Shown: piece after piece, positions 38,499 through 48,163 of the stretch
Layout of the letters: the number at the start of each line of letters is the position of its first letter
Position numbering within the stretch: position 1 is the first letter of the stretch
NCBI GenBank assembly: GCA_028717685.1
Contig: JAQUNI010000001.1
Coordinates: forward strand, 271,451 to 335,450
Direction: 5' to 3'
Origin: Patescibacteria group bacterium
Lineage (GTDB): Bacteria > Patescibacteriota > JAQUNI01
DNA: 64,000 nt
Translations under genes and position numbers: made by a program
The notes under the pieces: generated by a model
Databases searched by the model: none
The model's input: only the letters and a program-made list of their open reading frames with translations
What the model was told of the DNA's origin: nothing

Positions 38499-38978
38499 TT
38501 ACGGACCTGTGGTGTGCTGACCTTCGCTGCCAGCAGTAGAATTGGTCTCTAAAGTATACCGAAATTGATACTTCTTTGTGGTTGACGCGTAACAATATTC
38601 ATAAACCTGCGCCGGATACAAAGGATCATGCGGCGCGTCTCCGACTGAAAAAAGTTTTTGACCAATAAGAGCGGCAGATAAGGCATCGCTCGCGCCATTC
38701 ATAGTAATCCACGTATTATTATCGCAATCACCTGCCACGACATAAGTACCAATATTATTATTATAAAACTCTAATCCGGTTTTAATATTCTTCACATCAG
38801 CAATCCTTCGCGCGTCCCGCGACTTCGCCTTTGTATTAGTCAAGCTTACCACCACTATCGCCGCCAACAAGCCAATAATGGCGATTACAACGAGCAACTC
38901 AACTAAGGTAAAACCCCACGCCAAAGATTTTGGTATGGGAGTAATTCCATTCTTGTTTTGTAATTTCTTATTTTGCAT
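38499..38978 (-). CDS. pilA: Type IV major pilin paralog 3 (22-aa leader)
   Basis: …SLAWG|FTLVELLVVIAIIGLLAAIVVVSLTNTKAKSRDARRIADV. Confidence 0.8.
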   Translation of the reverse strand: MQNKKLQNKNGITPIPKSLAWGFTLVELLVVIAIIGLLAAIVVVSLTNTKAKSRDARRIADVKNIKTGLEFYNNNIGTYVVAGDCDNNTWITMNGASDALSAALIGQKLFSVGDAPHDPLYPAQVYEYCYASTTKKYQFRYTLETNSTAGSEGQHTTGP

Positions 38979-39035
38979 TTTTATTTTACCTACTCGCCTT
39001 GCAGAGCGAGGCGGGCGGGCGTTTTGTGTTATACG

Positions 39036-39085
39036 CTTTCCGCTTTCAGCAGGACGAAATTAGCTTTCAGCGTGACAAAGTCCGT
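39036..39085. repeat. 21-nt tandem repeat (…CAGCRGGACGAARTTAGCTTY…), copy 1
   Basis: ccgctttcagcaggacgaaattagctttcagcgtgacaaagtccg. It is about 85% identical to 48565-48630, where the unit repeats three times. Confidence 0.55.
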
Positions 39086-39086
39086 T

Positions 39087-40295
39087 TTATATCGCATTGG
39101 CCATACCATAAATCGGCATTAGAATCGCCGAGACCATCACCGCTACTCCGAGACCCAAGATGACCATAATCGCTGGCTCAATAAGTGAAACAAGACCCTT
39201 CACCGCCTCATTCACTTCCCGATCATAAAATTCTGAAAGCTTCTTTAAAACATCTACTAACCTTCCGGTGCGTTCCCCGACCCGCGCCATTTGGGAAACA
39301 ATGGGTGGGAAAACCGGTTCGCGTTTAAAGATGCGCGCCAAAGACTCCCCGCTCTCAATCCCCTGCCGCACGCGCAAACAAGCGTCAGAGTAAATCCAAT
39401 TATCCATCACTCCACTCACAATCTTCAAAGCCTCGCCAATGGGCACACCCCCCGCGAGAAGCGTGGACAAATTGCGGGTAAACCTCACTAAATAAATACG
39501 GCTAAAGAGCATGCTCACCACGGGAATTTTGATCTTTAAAAAGTCGACGATACGCTGACCGGAGGGATAGTGCAAGAAAATACGGCCGCCCACAACAAGC
39601 CCCAACAATCCCATTAAAAAAGCCCACCAGTAACCCTTCAACGCTTTACTTGTCCCAACCAAAATCCTCGTCGTGAACGGCAGTCCCTGTCCCCCTTCTT
39701 CTAACACGCTCGTTAGTTGAGGAATAACAAAAATCATCATTAAAATCCCCACTGCCACCATACCGACGACAATAAAGGCAGGATAAATCATCGCCCCTTT
39801 TATCTTGCTCATTAAATCATAATCTTTCTCAGTTTGATCAGCAAGATAAAGCAGTGTTTGGTCTAAATTGCCGCTCGTTTCTCCAGCACGAATCATTCCG
39901 ATGTAAAACTCAGAAAAAATACGCGGATATTGAGCAAGGGCCGCAGAAAGAGAAGACCCCCCTTCCACCTCTTGGATAATATGATCAATCATATCCTTCA
40001 ACTTAACCTTCTTAGTCTGGCCGCTTAAGATCTTTAAGGATTGAAGCACAGGCAAAGTCGCTTCAATCATAGTGGCGAACTGCCGGAAAAACATTAGTTT
40101 ATCCTTGGCAGTGATGCGGTTTAGAAAATTAAGGGAAATACCCAAGAGAGGAGGCTTCTCCCGAGCCTCTAAAGAAATAACGGTCAAACCTTGTTCATGC
40201 AAGGTGTTTTCAGCAAGGGTTTTGTTGGAGGCTTCCACAATCCCTTCTTGAATCTCTCCTTTGCTGTTACTCGCTTTGTAAGAAAATGTAGGCAC
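39087..40295 (-). CDS. pilC: Type IV pilus platform protein PilC (GspF family)
   Basis: 402 aa with two GspF repeats and three TM segments. Confidence 0.85.
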   Translation of the reverse strand: MPTFSYKASNSKGEIQEGIVEASNKTLAENTLHEQGLTVISLEAREKPPLLGISLNFLNRITAKDKLMFFRQFATMIEATLPVLQSLKILSGQTKKVKLKDMIDHIIQEVEGGSSLSAALAQYPRIFSEFYIGMIRAGETSGNLDQTLLYLADQTEKDYDLMSKIKGAMIYPAFIVVGMVAVGILMMIFVIPQLTSVLEEGGQGLPFTTRILVGTSKALKGYWWAFLMGLLGLVVGGRIFLHYPSGQRIVDFLKIKIPVVSMLFSRIYLVRFTRNLSTLLAGGVPIGEALKIVSGVMDNWIYSDACLRVRQGIESGESLARIFKREPVFPPIVSQMARVGERTGRLVDVLKKLSEFYDREVNEAVKGLVSLIEPAIMVILGLGVAVMVSAILMPIYGMANAI

Positions 40296-40333
40296 GGAAA
40301 TAAAGTTAAAAGTGAAAAGTGGAGAATGAAATC

Positions 40334-41410
40334 TTATTTGAGCAGGGAACGAAAGTTTCTGGGATCTTGAGAATACATTAAAGCATGAGTTATATCAACC
40401 ACTCCCTCCTTAACCAAACGGGCAAGGGATTTATCCAAAGGAACCATCCCTTCCTCGGCTCCGGTCTGTAAAACACTTTCAATCTGGTGAGTTTTTTGTT
40501 CGCGAATAAGATTGCGGACCGCCGCGTTAACCATCATAATTTCACAAGCCACGGCCAAACCCCCGCCGATGCGGGGCAATAGTCTTTGAGAGACAATTCC
40601 GCCTAGGACATTAGCCAATTGAAAACGCACTTGATTTTGTTGATGCGAAGGGAAAACATCAATAACCCGATCAATCGTCTGGGGAGCATTATTGGTATGG
40701 ACCGTGGAAAAAACTAAATGTCCTGTCTCGGCTACGGTCACCGCTGTCGCAATCGTATCCAAGTCCCGCATTTCTCCCACCATCACCACATTCGGATCTT
40801 CTCGGAGCGCCGCGCGCAACGCTTCGGGAAAAGAATTGGTATCCTGGTATAACTCTCTTTGGTCAATGAGACACTTGTCTTGGGTAAAGAGATATTCGAT
40901 AGGATCTTCAACAGTGATAATATGTTCGGCGCGCTTATGATTAATTAAATCCAAAAGGGCAGCTAGGCTGGTTGATTTACCATGCCCGGAAGGACCGACG
41001 AGAAGAATGAGACCCTGGATTAAATCTGTCAACCCCTCTAAAATCGGAGGGAGACCCAATTCGCCAATCGTTCTAATCTTCATAGGAATAAGGCGAAAGG
41101 CAGCACTCAAAAAACCGCGTTGATAAAAAACATTAATCCGGAAACGCGCTTTCTCTTGAAATTCATAGGACAAATCTACCGATTTTTCATTCATTAAACG
41201 TTCTTTTTGTTTTTCATTCAGTAAACCTAAACAAATTTTTTCCGTATCACTCGGATCAAGCATCTTTTCTTCTTTCATGGTGATTAATTCACCATCAATC
41301 CTTAAGGTAGGATAGCGACCCACCGAAAGATGAAGATCCGAAGCATTCCTCTGGGCAGCGGCAAGAAGAAATCGCTTAATTGTTAATTGTACATTATCAT
41401 AAAAAGCCAT
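40334..41410 (-). CDS. pilT: Twitching-motility/retraction ATPase PilT
   Basis: 358 aa. Walker A GPSGHGKST, Asp box, Walker B, His box. The PilT-size protein lacks the N-terminal PilB extension. Confidence 0.8.
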   Translation of the reverse strand: MAFYDNVQLTIKRFLLAAAQRNASDLHLSVGRYPTLRIDGELITMKEEKMLDPSDTEKICLGLLNEKQKERLMNEKSVDLSYEFQEKARFRINVFYQRGFLSAAFRLIPMKIRTIGELGLPPILEGLTDLIQGLILLVGPSGHGKSTSLAALLDLINHKRAEHIITVEDPIEYLFTQDKCLIDQRELYQDTNSFPEALRAALREDPNVVMVGEMRDLDTIATAVTVAETGHLVFSTVHTNNAPQTIDRVIDVFPSHQQNQVRFQLANVLGGIVSQRLLPRIGGGLAVACEIMMVNAAVRNLIREQKTHQIESVLQTGAEEGMVPLDKSLARLVKEGVVDITHALMYSQDPRNFRSLLK

Positions 41411-41481
41411 AAATTAAAAGTTAAATCTTAAGTTCATTTTATCCCTAGCCTTAACTTTTGCGATCTGACCTCTAACTTTTT

Positions 41482-43287
41482 CTAAATGTTCGTTGCCTTA
41501 AGCACTTCTTCTAAAGTAGTCTCACCACGCAGAACCTTCAGAATCCCATCCTGTCTCATATTAATAAGCCCTTTTTTAACCATAACTTCTTCAATTTGAT
41601 TTTCGGAAGGTTTGGAAAGAATTAATTCCTGCAAGTCAGGTGTTAAAGGAATGGTTTCAAAAATACCAATTCTCCCCTTGTAGCCTTCGTTATTACAGTG
41701 CTTACAACCCTTACCCTTGTAAATAATAACTTTGTCTTTGTTCGGATTAAGCCCTTCTTTTTCAAAATCCGGAATCATCTCCCACTCTTTAAGGATAATC
41801 TTGCGAATTTCCTCACTAGCTTCCACCTTCTCCATGCACTCCCTACAAAGCTTCCGCACAAGCCTTTGGGCGATCAAAACGTTTGTCGCCGCGCTGATTA
41901 AAAAGGGTTGGATGCCCATGTCAATCAGGCGAGGCACGGCGCCTACCGCGCTATTAGTGTGCAAAGTGGAAAGAACGACATGCCCTGTCAGTGAAGCATG
42001 AATAGCCATTTCCGCGGTCTCCTGATCGCGAATCTCGCCGACCATAATAATGTCCGGGTCCTGACGCAAAATAGAACGCAAGCCTGAGGCAAAAGTCAAT
42101 CCCACTTCCGGGTGAACCTGGGCTTGAGCAATACCAGGGATAAAGTACTCCACAGGATCCTCCAAGGTCACAATATTCACATCTTCTTGATTTAAAATCC
42201 CTAAAATTGAATAAAGCGTGGTAGACTTGCCGCTCCCCGTGGGACCCGTCACTAATAATAAACCATGCGCTTTGATTATTTCCGCTTTAATATGTTGCAA
42301 TCTTAAACCCGTCAAACCTAATTCCTCCAAAGAAAACATTCTTGCCCCAGTTTCCAGAATTCTCATTACGATCTTCTCTCCGCTCATTGTGGGCAGTGTG
42401 GAAATCCGAAAATCTACCGGATGACCGCCAAATTCCAGACGAATGCGACCATCTTGAGGAATCCGCGTTTCGTCAATCTTCATATTGGCAAGCACCTTCA
42501 CCCGGGAAACAATACCCTCGCGAATTTTAATAGGTAAGGAAAGGGTAGTCCGCATCACACCATCAATCCGATAACGCACCCTCACCATTTTATCTTCAGG
42601 TTCAATATGAATATCCGAAGCCCTCGCTTCCACCGCGTGCTTGATAATCCCTTGTAAAATTTTGGAAATGGGAGCCGCTTCCACTAATTTAACAATCTCT
42701 TTTTCTCTATCTTCTAAAACCTTCTTCTCTTCGTGCTTTTTCTCCACGACCTCTTCCAAGGCTTTCGTCACTTCCTCCTTAAGACTCTGCTCATACTGCC
42801 GAAGAACAAAATCCAAGCTCGCCTTATTGGTAATATAGATGGCTGTAGAAAAACCCTGTCTCCCCGTCGCAAACTCTAAAGCTTCCAGAGCTTTAAAATC
42901 CGCAGGATCAGCCATCGCTACTTTCACGACATTATCTTCCCCGCGCTCAAAAGCAACCATATGATAAGAGACAGCGACTTCTTGAGGAATCAATTTTAGG
43001 ATATGCGGCGGAATAGGACGCGTCTCTAAATCTACAAACTCCACGCCTAAAAATTCACCTACTACTTGGACTAAGGATTTCTCCGGCACGAGATCTAAAT
43101 CACGGATTAGCTGTTCTAAAGGAAGGTCGGTTTTCTGGGCTTCCTTTTCAATCAACTTCCGCTTTTCTTCATCAATCAGTTGCTTCTCTTCTAAAACATC
43201 TAATAAATTTTTTTTCTCCCACTTTCTGCCCCGCATTTTTTGCAAAACAGCTTTAGTGGAATTCTCTGATGATTTTACTTCCTTCAT
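41482..43287 (-). CDS. pilB: Type IV pilus assembly ATPase PilB (GspE family)
   Basis: 601 aa. N-terminal GspII_E domain, Walker A GPTGSGKSTT, C-terminal tetracysteine motif CRECM…CKHC. Confidence 0.85.
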   Translation of the reverse strand: MKEVKSSENSTKAVLQKMRGRKWEKKNLLDVLEEKQLIDEEKRKLIEKEAQKTDLPLEQLIRDLDLVPEKSLVQVVGEFLGVEFVDLETRPIPPHILKLIPQEVAVSYHMVAFERGEDNVVKVAMADPADFKALEALEFATGRQGFSTAIYITNKASLDFVLRQYEQSLKEEVTKALEEVVEKKHEEKKVLEDREKEIVKLVEAAPISKILQGIIKHAVEARASDIHIEPEDKMVRVRYRIDGVMRTTLSLPIKIREGIVSRVKVLANMKIDETRIPQDGRIRLEFGGHPVDFRISTLPTMSGEKIVMRILETGARMFSLEELGLTGLRLQHIKAEIIKAHGLLLVTGPTGSGKSTTLYSILGILNQEDVNIVTLEDPVEYFIPGIAQAQVHPEVGLTFASGLRSILRQDPDIIMVGEIRDQETAEMAIHASLTGHVVLSTLHTNSAVGAVPRLIDMGIQPFLISAATNVLIAQRLVRKLCRECMEKVEASEEIRKIILKEWEMIPDFEKEGLNPNKDKVIIYKGKGCKHCNNEGYKGRIGIFETIPLTPDLQELILSKPSENQIEEVMVKKGLINMRQDGILKVLRGETTLEEVLKATNI

Positions 43288-43333
43288 AAATTACTTCTTA
43301 CGCTTTAGGATGTCGCTCGCGAACGACATCCTT

Positions 43334-44410
43334 TTAGGGTAATAATTCCCGCAGAGCTAAGCCGACCGCCACATCAAATGTGGGGCCCAGTTCATCCAGA
43401 ACCTTTTTGAGCTCTTGGGGAATAATAATTTTACTCCAGGGATCAGCCACGACAATCTTATTGTCTAAAAAGAGAGATAAATAGCTCGTGAACTCGGGTA
43501 ATTTCGCGCTCCCGCCAGAAAGGATAATTTGCGACACTTGACTGCCGCCGCGGTTATAGAATAAATTCAAACAATGACGAATCTTTTCCACAATCACATC
43601 AATTACAGGCTTGATGGCGCGCGGAATCTCCCCTCCCATCTTCTCGCGGGATACACCGAAATCTTTTTTAAATTGCTCGGCGCGCTCAAAACTTACCTGA
43701 AGACTATGGGCAATGACGCGGGTGAGGGCGTTTCCGCCCATATCTACGCTCAAATTTAACTTAGGGAAACCATCTTCAATAATACAAATCTCCGTCGCCG
43801 TGGCTCCAATATCCACAATCATAGCCCCTTCTTTTTGCGTATCTACCAAGACGCGCGCCAAAGCCATTGCTTCAGGTTCCAGACCCACTAGCTCTAAATT
43901 AGCCTTCTTGAAAACATCACCATATCTTTTCACGATATTCTTGGGCACAGCGGTTAAAAAAACTTCTATTCCTTCTTGAGGTTTTAAGGCTTCAGCCTTC
44001 TGATTTTTCCGGGAGGATTTGGGCGTAATAACCTCCCAATCTAAAATAATTTCCTCAATAGGAAAAGGAATATAGCGCTTGGATTCCCACTTGACCGCGG
44101 AAGCCAATTCTTCTTCTTCCATCTTCGGCAGATTTAAAATCGTCGTAAAAACCGAGAACCCGGGCAAAGAAGCGATCGCGCGCGAACCCTTCGCTCCACT
44201 TTCTTTAACAATTCTTTGAAGGCTTTTGCAGATTTTTTCCCGTACCGCGGGTGAATCGCTTCTAATCACATCGTCGGCTAAATCAATCGCGCCATAGGTA
44301 GATAAATTCACTCCCCCTTTCCATCTATTCAGCTCCACAATTTTTAAATTAGAAGTGCCAATATCTACGCCCAAATAACGATTTTTGGATTTAATACCAA
44401 AAAATCCCAT
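43334..44410 (-). CDS. pilM: Type IV pilus assembly protein PilM (actin-like ATPase)
   Basis: 358 aa. LGVDIGTSNLKIVEL gives the actin/HSP70-fold phosphate-1 motif. Confidence 0.8.
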   Translation of the reverse strand: MGFFGIKSKNRYLGVDIGTSNLKIVELNRWKGGVNLSTYGAIDLADDVIRSDSPAVREKICKSLQRIVKESGAKGSRAIASLPGFSVFTTILNLPKMEEEELASAVKWESKRYIPFPIEEIILDWEVITPKSSRKNQKAEALKPQEGIEVFLTAVPKNIVKRYGDVFKKANLELVGLEPEAMALARVLVDTQKEGAMIVDIGATATEICIIEDGFPKLNLSVDMGGNALTRVIAHSLQVSFERAEQFKKDFGVSREKMGGEIPRAIKPVIDVIVEKIRHCLNLFYNRGGSQVSQIILSGGSAKLPEFTSYLSLFLDNKIVVADPWSKIIIPQELKKVLDELGPTFDVAVGLALRELLP

Positions 44411-44601
44411 TGTATTGATGTCAAAAAAAATTTAATATTTGATCTTTATTTTTTAAAACCCATAAAACTAACTCTTTTTTTATTCTAACACAAAAAAGGA
44501 TATCCGCCAAACAGATTGTGCATAAATTACTAAGGAGAGAAAAATTAAAAAGCGCAATCGCCGAACAGTTTCCAGTTTTAGAAAGTCACGAAAAAAATTA
44601 T

Positions 44602-44670
44602 GTCTTGACCTTCACCTTTGGCTAAGGTCTTCACCTTTATGAAAGGTGAAGACTAAAGGTGAAGGTCTTG
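44602..44670. promoter_or_regulatory. Nested perfect palindrome immediately upstream of the Clp ATPase gene (candidate repressor operator)
   Basis: gtcttgaccttcaccttt-ggctaag-GTCTTCACCTTT-atg-AAAGGTGAAGAC-taaaggtgaaggtcttg. A 12-bp perfect inverted repeat with a 3-nt spacer sits inside a second 16-bp inverted repeat. Confidence 0.55.
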
Positions 44671-44720
44671 CTGAAAGTCCTAATTTATTATACAATAAAC
44701 TCGCGAAAATTAAAATATGT

Positions 44721-47297
44721 ATGATTAATAATAAATTTACCGCCCAATTTAAACAAACATTAAAGACCGCTTCTTCTCTAGCGCGCCAGGAAAATAAAGA
44801 CTACATCACGACGGCCCACCTCTTATCCGCTTTAATCCACCAAAAAGGCAGTTTGGCTTGGAAAATTTTGCATTATAAAAAAACTCCAATTCAAACACCA
44901 AACAAAAAAGATGACGCGCTGAATATTCCCGGAGGAAAAGAGGGAAAAAATAGGGAGAAACAATTTAGGCTGGACCATTTCCGCTTCTCCCTAACCGCCA
45001 AAGAGGCTATTGCCAAAGCAGTCGCCCTCGCCTATGAAGGTCAACATTGTTTCGTGGGCACGGAACACCTCCTCTCCGCTCTCGTTAAAATGAAAAGGGG
45101 GCGCGCTTATCTTCTCTTACGAAAAAATAAGTTTGATCTGGATGATTTAGAAAAACACTTGGAACTGCTCCTTGAAAATGCCACGAAATTTTCTCAAATC
45201 ATCCAACCGTTCGCGAGGAACAAAGGGAAAAAATATAAAAAAGATTCAGATAACTTTCTTCGCTGCTTTGGCACGGACTTAAATCAAAAAGCTATTGCCG
45301 GCGGCATTGATCCGGTTATTGGCCGAGAAAAAGAACTTGAAAGAATCATTAATATCTTGGGCCGCCGCAAGAAGAATAATCCCGTTTTAATCGGCGAAGC
45401 GGGCGTCGGGAAAACCGCGATTGCAGAGGGTTTAGCCTCCAGAATCGTCCAGGATAGCGTGCCTCCTTTTTTAAAGAATAAAAGGATTCTGCTTTTAGAT
45501 CTGACGGCTCTTGTCGCAGGCACAATGTTTCGCGGAGAATTTGAATCGCGCCTCAAAAAGATTCTAAACCAAATTGAAGCAGATCCCAACATTATTCTCT
45601 TTATTGACGAATTACATACTGTGATTGGGGCGGGCGGAGCCTCGGGAGGCTTGGATACGGCTAATATTCTGAAACCAGCCCTTGCCCGCGGCTTACTGCG
45701 CTGCATCGGCGCGACCACGCTTGCTGAATACCAAAAACATATTGAAAAGGACCCCGCCCTTGAGCGCAGGTTTCAACCTGTAATAATCAAAGAATCATCT
45801 CCCGAAGAAACCATTGAAGTATTGGAAGGCGTAAGGGAAAACTATGAAAAATATCATCAAATCCACATCACTCCTCCAGCTATTCGCGCGGCGGCTTATT
45901 TAGCGCACCGCTACATTACAGACCGCGCTCTCCCTGACAAAGCGATTGATTTAATTGATGAGGCAGCCTCCCGAGAAAAAATGAAAGTGAAATTACCTCA
46001 AGTAATTTTGAACTTAGAAAAATATGAACGAGAACTCCAAAAAATTCAGGAAGCAAAGCAAGAAGCAGTCAGGGCGGAAAATTACCACGAAGCAAGCATC
46101 TTGAAAAAAGCAGAAGTCAAACTCCAGAAAGAAATTAAGAGAGTCAAGCAAAAAATTGAAAAGCTGCCGCAACTTTTTCGGGGTCAAATCACGGATCAGG
46201 AAATTAAATTGATTGTAAGCGAAATGACGGGAATTCCCTTGGAATCCCTCACCCTCTCTGAAAAAACAAAACTTCTCAATCTTGAGAAAGCATTAAACGC
46301 GAAGGTCGTCGGACAAGAAGAGGCTATAAAAAATATCTGCCAGTGTATCCGGAGAATGAAAGCGGGGCTGGCTAACCCGAACCGCCCTTTAGGTTCTTTT
46401 ATTTTCCTCGGACCTTCGGGGGTGGGCAAAACCTATCTGGCTCAAATTCTAGCACAGGAGATTTTCGGGGACATCCAAAATTTAGTCCGCATTGATATGT
46501 CCGAATTTCATGAATCATTTAATGTTTCACGCTTGGTGGGCGCCCCAGCAGGTTATATTGGCTACGAAGAAGGAGGACATCTCACGGAAAAAATCCGCCA
46601 TCAGCCTTATTCCGTGGTTCTATTTGACGAAATAGAGAAAGCCCATCCTGACGCTTTAAACCTTCTCCTCCAAATTCTGGAAGACGGACAATTAAGCGAC
46701 GCCCAAGGGCGCGCGATTAACTTTAAAAATACTATTGTGGTGATGACTTCCAATATTGGCGCGGCGAAATTGTCCCAAACGCAAAAATGGGGTTTTCAGA
46801 TGGCAACGCAAAATAAAAAAACCAAAAATTTAGAAGAAGAATGGGCGTTAAAATATGAATATCTTAAAAAAGAGATTTTAAAAGAGATTGAAGATAAATT
46901 TAAACCCGAGTTCTTAAACCGCATTGACAAAGTGATTGTTTTCAGATCTTTAGATCTTACCGAACTTGCCAAAATTGCCGCGCTCCAAATTCAAGAGCTG
47001 CAAAAAAGAGTGGAGGACCAAAAAATCTCCTTGAATTTACAGCCCCAAGCGGCTTACTTTTTAGCCGAAAAATCATTTAATCCGGCGCGCGGCGCGCGAC
47101 CTTTGCGCCGCTTAATTTCAGACCTCGTGGAAGATCCCCTCTCGGCATTGATCCTCGCTGAAAAAATTAAGGCGGGTCAAAAAGTATGTGTCAAATTGGA
47201 AAAAGGAGAAGTGGCTTTAAGGATTAATGGAAAGGAATCCCCGCACCAAAGCAAGCTTGGTCCGGGGCAAGCAGGAAGTATGAACGAAGAATTATGA
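44721..47297 (+). CDS. Clp-family AAA+ chaperone ATPase (ClpC/ClpB-like, two AAA modules)
   Basis: Two Clp_N repeats. Walker A1 GEAGVGKTAI, Walker A2 GPSGVGKTYLA, a middle coiled-coil and a sensor-2 region. The track ORF starts at GTG 44646, inside the palindrome. ATG 44721 (MINNKFTAQF) fits the Clp_N start. Confidence 0.85.
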   Translation: MINNKFTAQFKQTLKTASSLARQENKDYITTAHLLSALIHQKGSLAWKILHYKKTPIQTPNKKDDALNIPGGKEGKNREKQFRLDHFRFSLTAKEAIAKAVALAYEGQHCFVGTEHLLSALVKMKRGRAYLLLRKNKFDLDDLEKHLELLLENATKFSQIIQPFARNKGKKYKKDSDNFLRCFGTDLNQKAIAGGIDPVIGREKELERIINILGRRKKNNPVLIGEAGVGKTAIAEGLASRIVQDSVPPFLKNKRILLLDLTALVAGTMFRGEFESRLKKILNQIEADPNIILFIDELHTVIGAGGASGGLDTANILKPALARGLLRCIGATTLAEYQKHIEKDPALERRFQPVIIKESSPEETIEVLEGVRENYEKYHQIHITPPAIRAAAYLAHRYITDRALPDKAIDLIDEAASREKMKVKLPQVILNLEKYERELQKIQEAKQEAVRAENYHEASILKKAEVKLQKEIKRVKQKIEKLPQLFRGQITDQEIKLIVSEMTGIPLESLTLSEKTKLLNLEKALNAKVVGQEEAIKNICQCIRRMKAGLANPNRPLGSFIFLGPSGVGKTYLAQILAQEIFGDIQNLVRIDMSEFHESFNVSRLVGAPAGYIGYEEGGHLTEKIRHQPYSVVLFDEIEKAHPDALNLLLQILEDGQLSDAQGRAINFKNTIVVMTSNIGAAKLSQTQKWGFQMATQNKKTKNLEEEWALKYEYLKKEILKEIEDKFKPEFLNRIDKVIVFRSLDLTELAKIAALQIQELQKRVEDQKISLNLQPQAAYFLAEKSFNPARGARPLRRLISDLVEDPLSALILAEKIKAGQKVCVKLEKGEVALRINGKESPHQSKLGPGQAGSMNEEL

Positions 47298-47983
47298 ACG
47301 AGGAATCAGAAGCTAAAAATTGGCTGACTAAAATCGGAAAATTTATAGCCGATTTGATTTTTCCCGTGCAATGTTTGGGCTGCCACCGCGCCGGAAAATG
47401 GCTTTGCGAACGTTGTTATTATCAAATTAAGTCTCACTGCTCCCCCTTTCCTCCTCATTTAAAAAAATCCCCGTTCAATAGATTGATTGCGCCATTTTCT
47501 TATCGCGACCCCCTCATCAAAAAACTGATCAAGGCTTATAAATATCATTTCGTGCAGGATATCAGCGAAATTTTAAGCCGGCTCTTAATTGAATACTTAA
47601 AACCGCTCTTCAGAAACATTGAACCGCAAAATTTTGTTTTAATCCCCGTCCCTTTGCACAAAAGGCGCTTGCGCTTCCGCGGTTTCAATCAAGCCGAACT
47701 CTTAGCCGAACATATAGCGCGGGAATTTAATCTGCCCTTTGCCAAAGATATTTTAATCCGCCGCAGAAACACTACCCCGCAAGCGCAGCTTAAAGAAAAA
47801 GAACGGCGGCAAAACATCCACGAGGCTTTTGCCGCTGTCCGCAATCCCTCTTTAAAAAACAAAATTATTATCCTGCTTGATGATGTGCTGACGAGCGGCG
47901 CGACTTTGGAAGAGTGCGCCCGCGTTTTGCGTCGGACCTGCCGCCCAAAGGCAATTTGGGGATTAGCGGTGGCGAGAGGATAA
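47294..47983 (+). CDS. comFC: ComF family protein (ComFC-type phosphoribosyltransferase)
   Basis: N-terminal 4-Cys finger CLGCHRAGKWLCERCY. C-terminal PRTase motif IILLDDVLTSGATL. Overlaps the clp stop by 4 nt. Confidence 0.8.
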   Translation: MNEESEAKNWLTKIGKFIADLIFPVQCLGCHRAGKWLCERCYYQIKSHCSPFPPHLKKSPFNRLIAPFSYRDPLIKKLIKAYKYHFVQDISEILSRLLIEYLKPLFRNIEPQNFVLIPVPLHKRRLRFRGFNQAELLAEHIAREFNLPFAKDILIRRRNTTPQAQLKEKERRQNIHEAFAAVRNPSLKNKIIILLDDVLTSGATLEECARVLRRTCRPKAIWGLAVARG

Positions 47984-48050
47984 GGCAGGAAGCAGGAATC
48001 AGGAATCATGAATTAGGAATAAGGAATGAGGAATCAGGAATGAGGAGGTG
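47984..48050. repeat. Tandem heptamer array (NAGGAAT)x8
   Basis: caggaatcaggaatcatgaattaggaataaggaatgaggaatcaggaatgagga, directly after the comFC stop. Confidence 0.65.
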
Positions 48051-48163
48051 AGGAAAAATAAAATTCATTATTCATTATTCCCAATTCCCCGCCCGCCATC
48101 GCTACGCTTCAGGCGTTAGCGGGCGCGGTCGGCTTGCGTGGCGGGCGGGCTTATTCCAAGATT

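Noticed and set aside
44596-44680. Possible CIRCE (HrcA) or CtsR operator upstream of the clp gene
   Set aside because: The sequence does not match the CIRCE consensus and only loosely resembles GGTCAAA heptads. It is kept as a generic candidate operator instead.
48089-48150. Long GC-rich hairpin upstream of the tRNA cluster as a possible separate ncRNA gene
   Set aside because: It is more simply a pre-tRNA leader or processing structure. It shares the GCGGGCGGGC motif with 38985-39015, so it is treated as part of the repeat and flank context rather than a gene.
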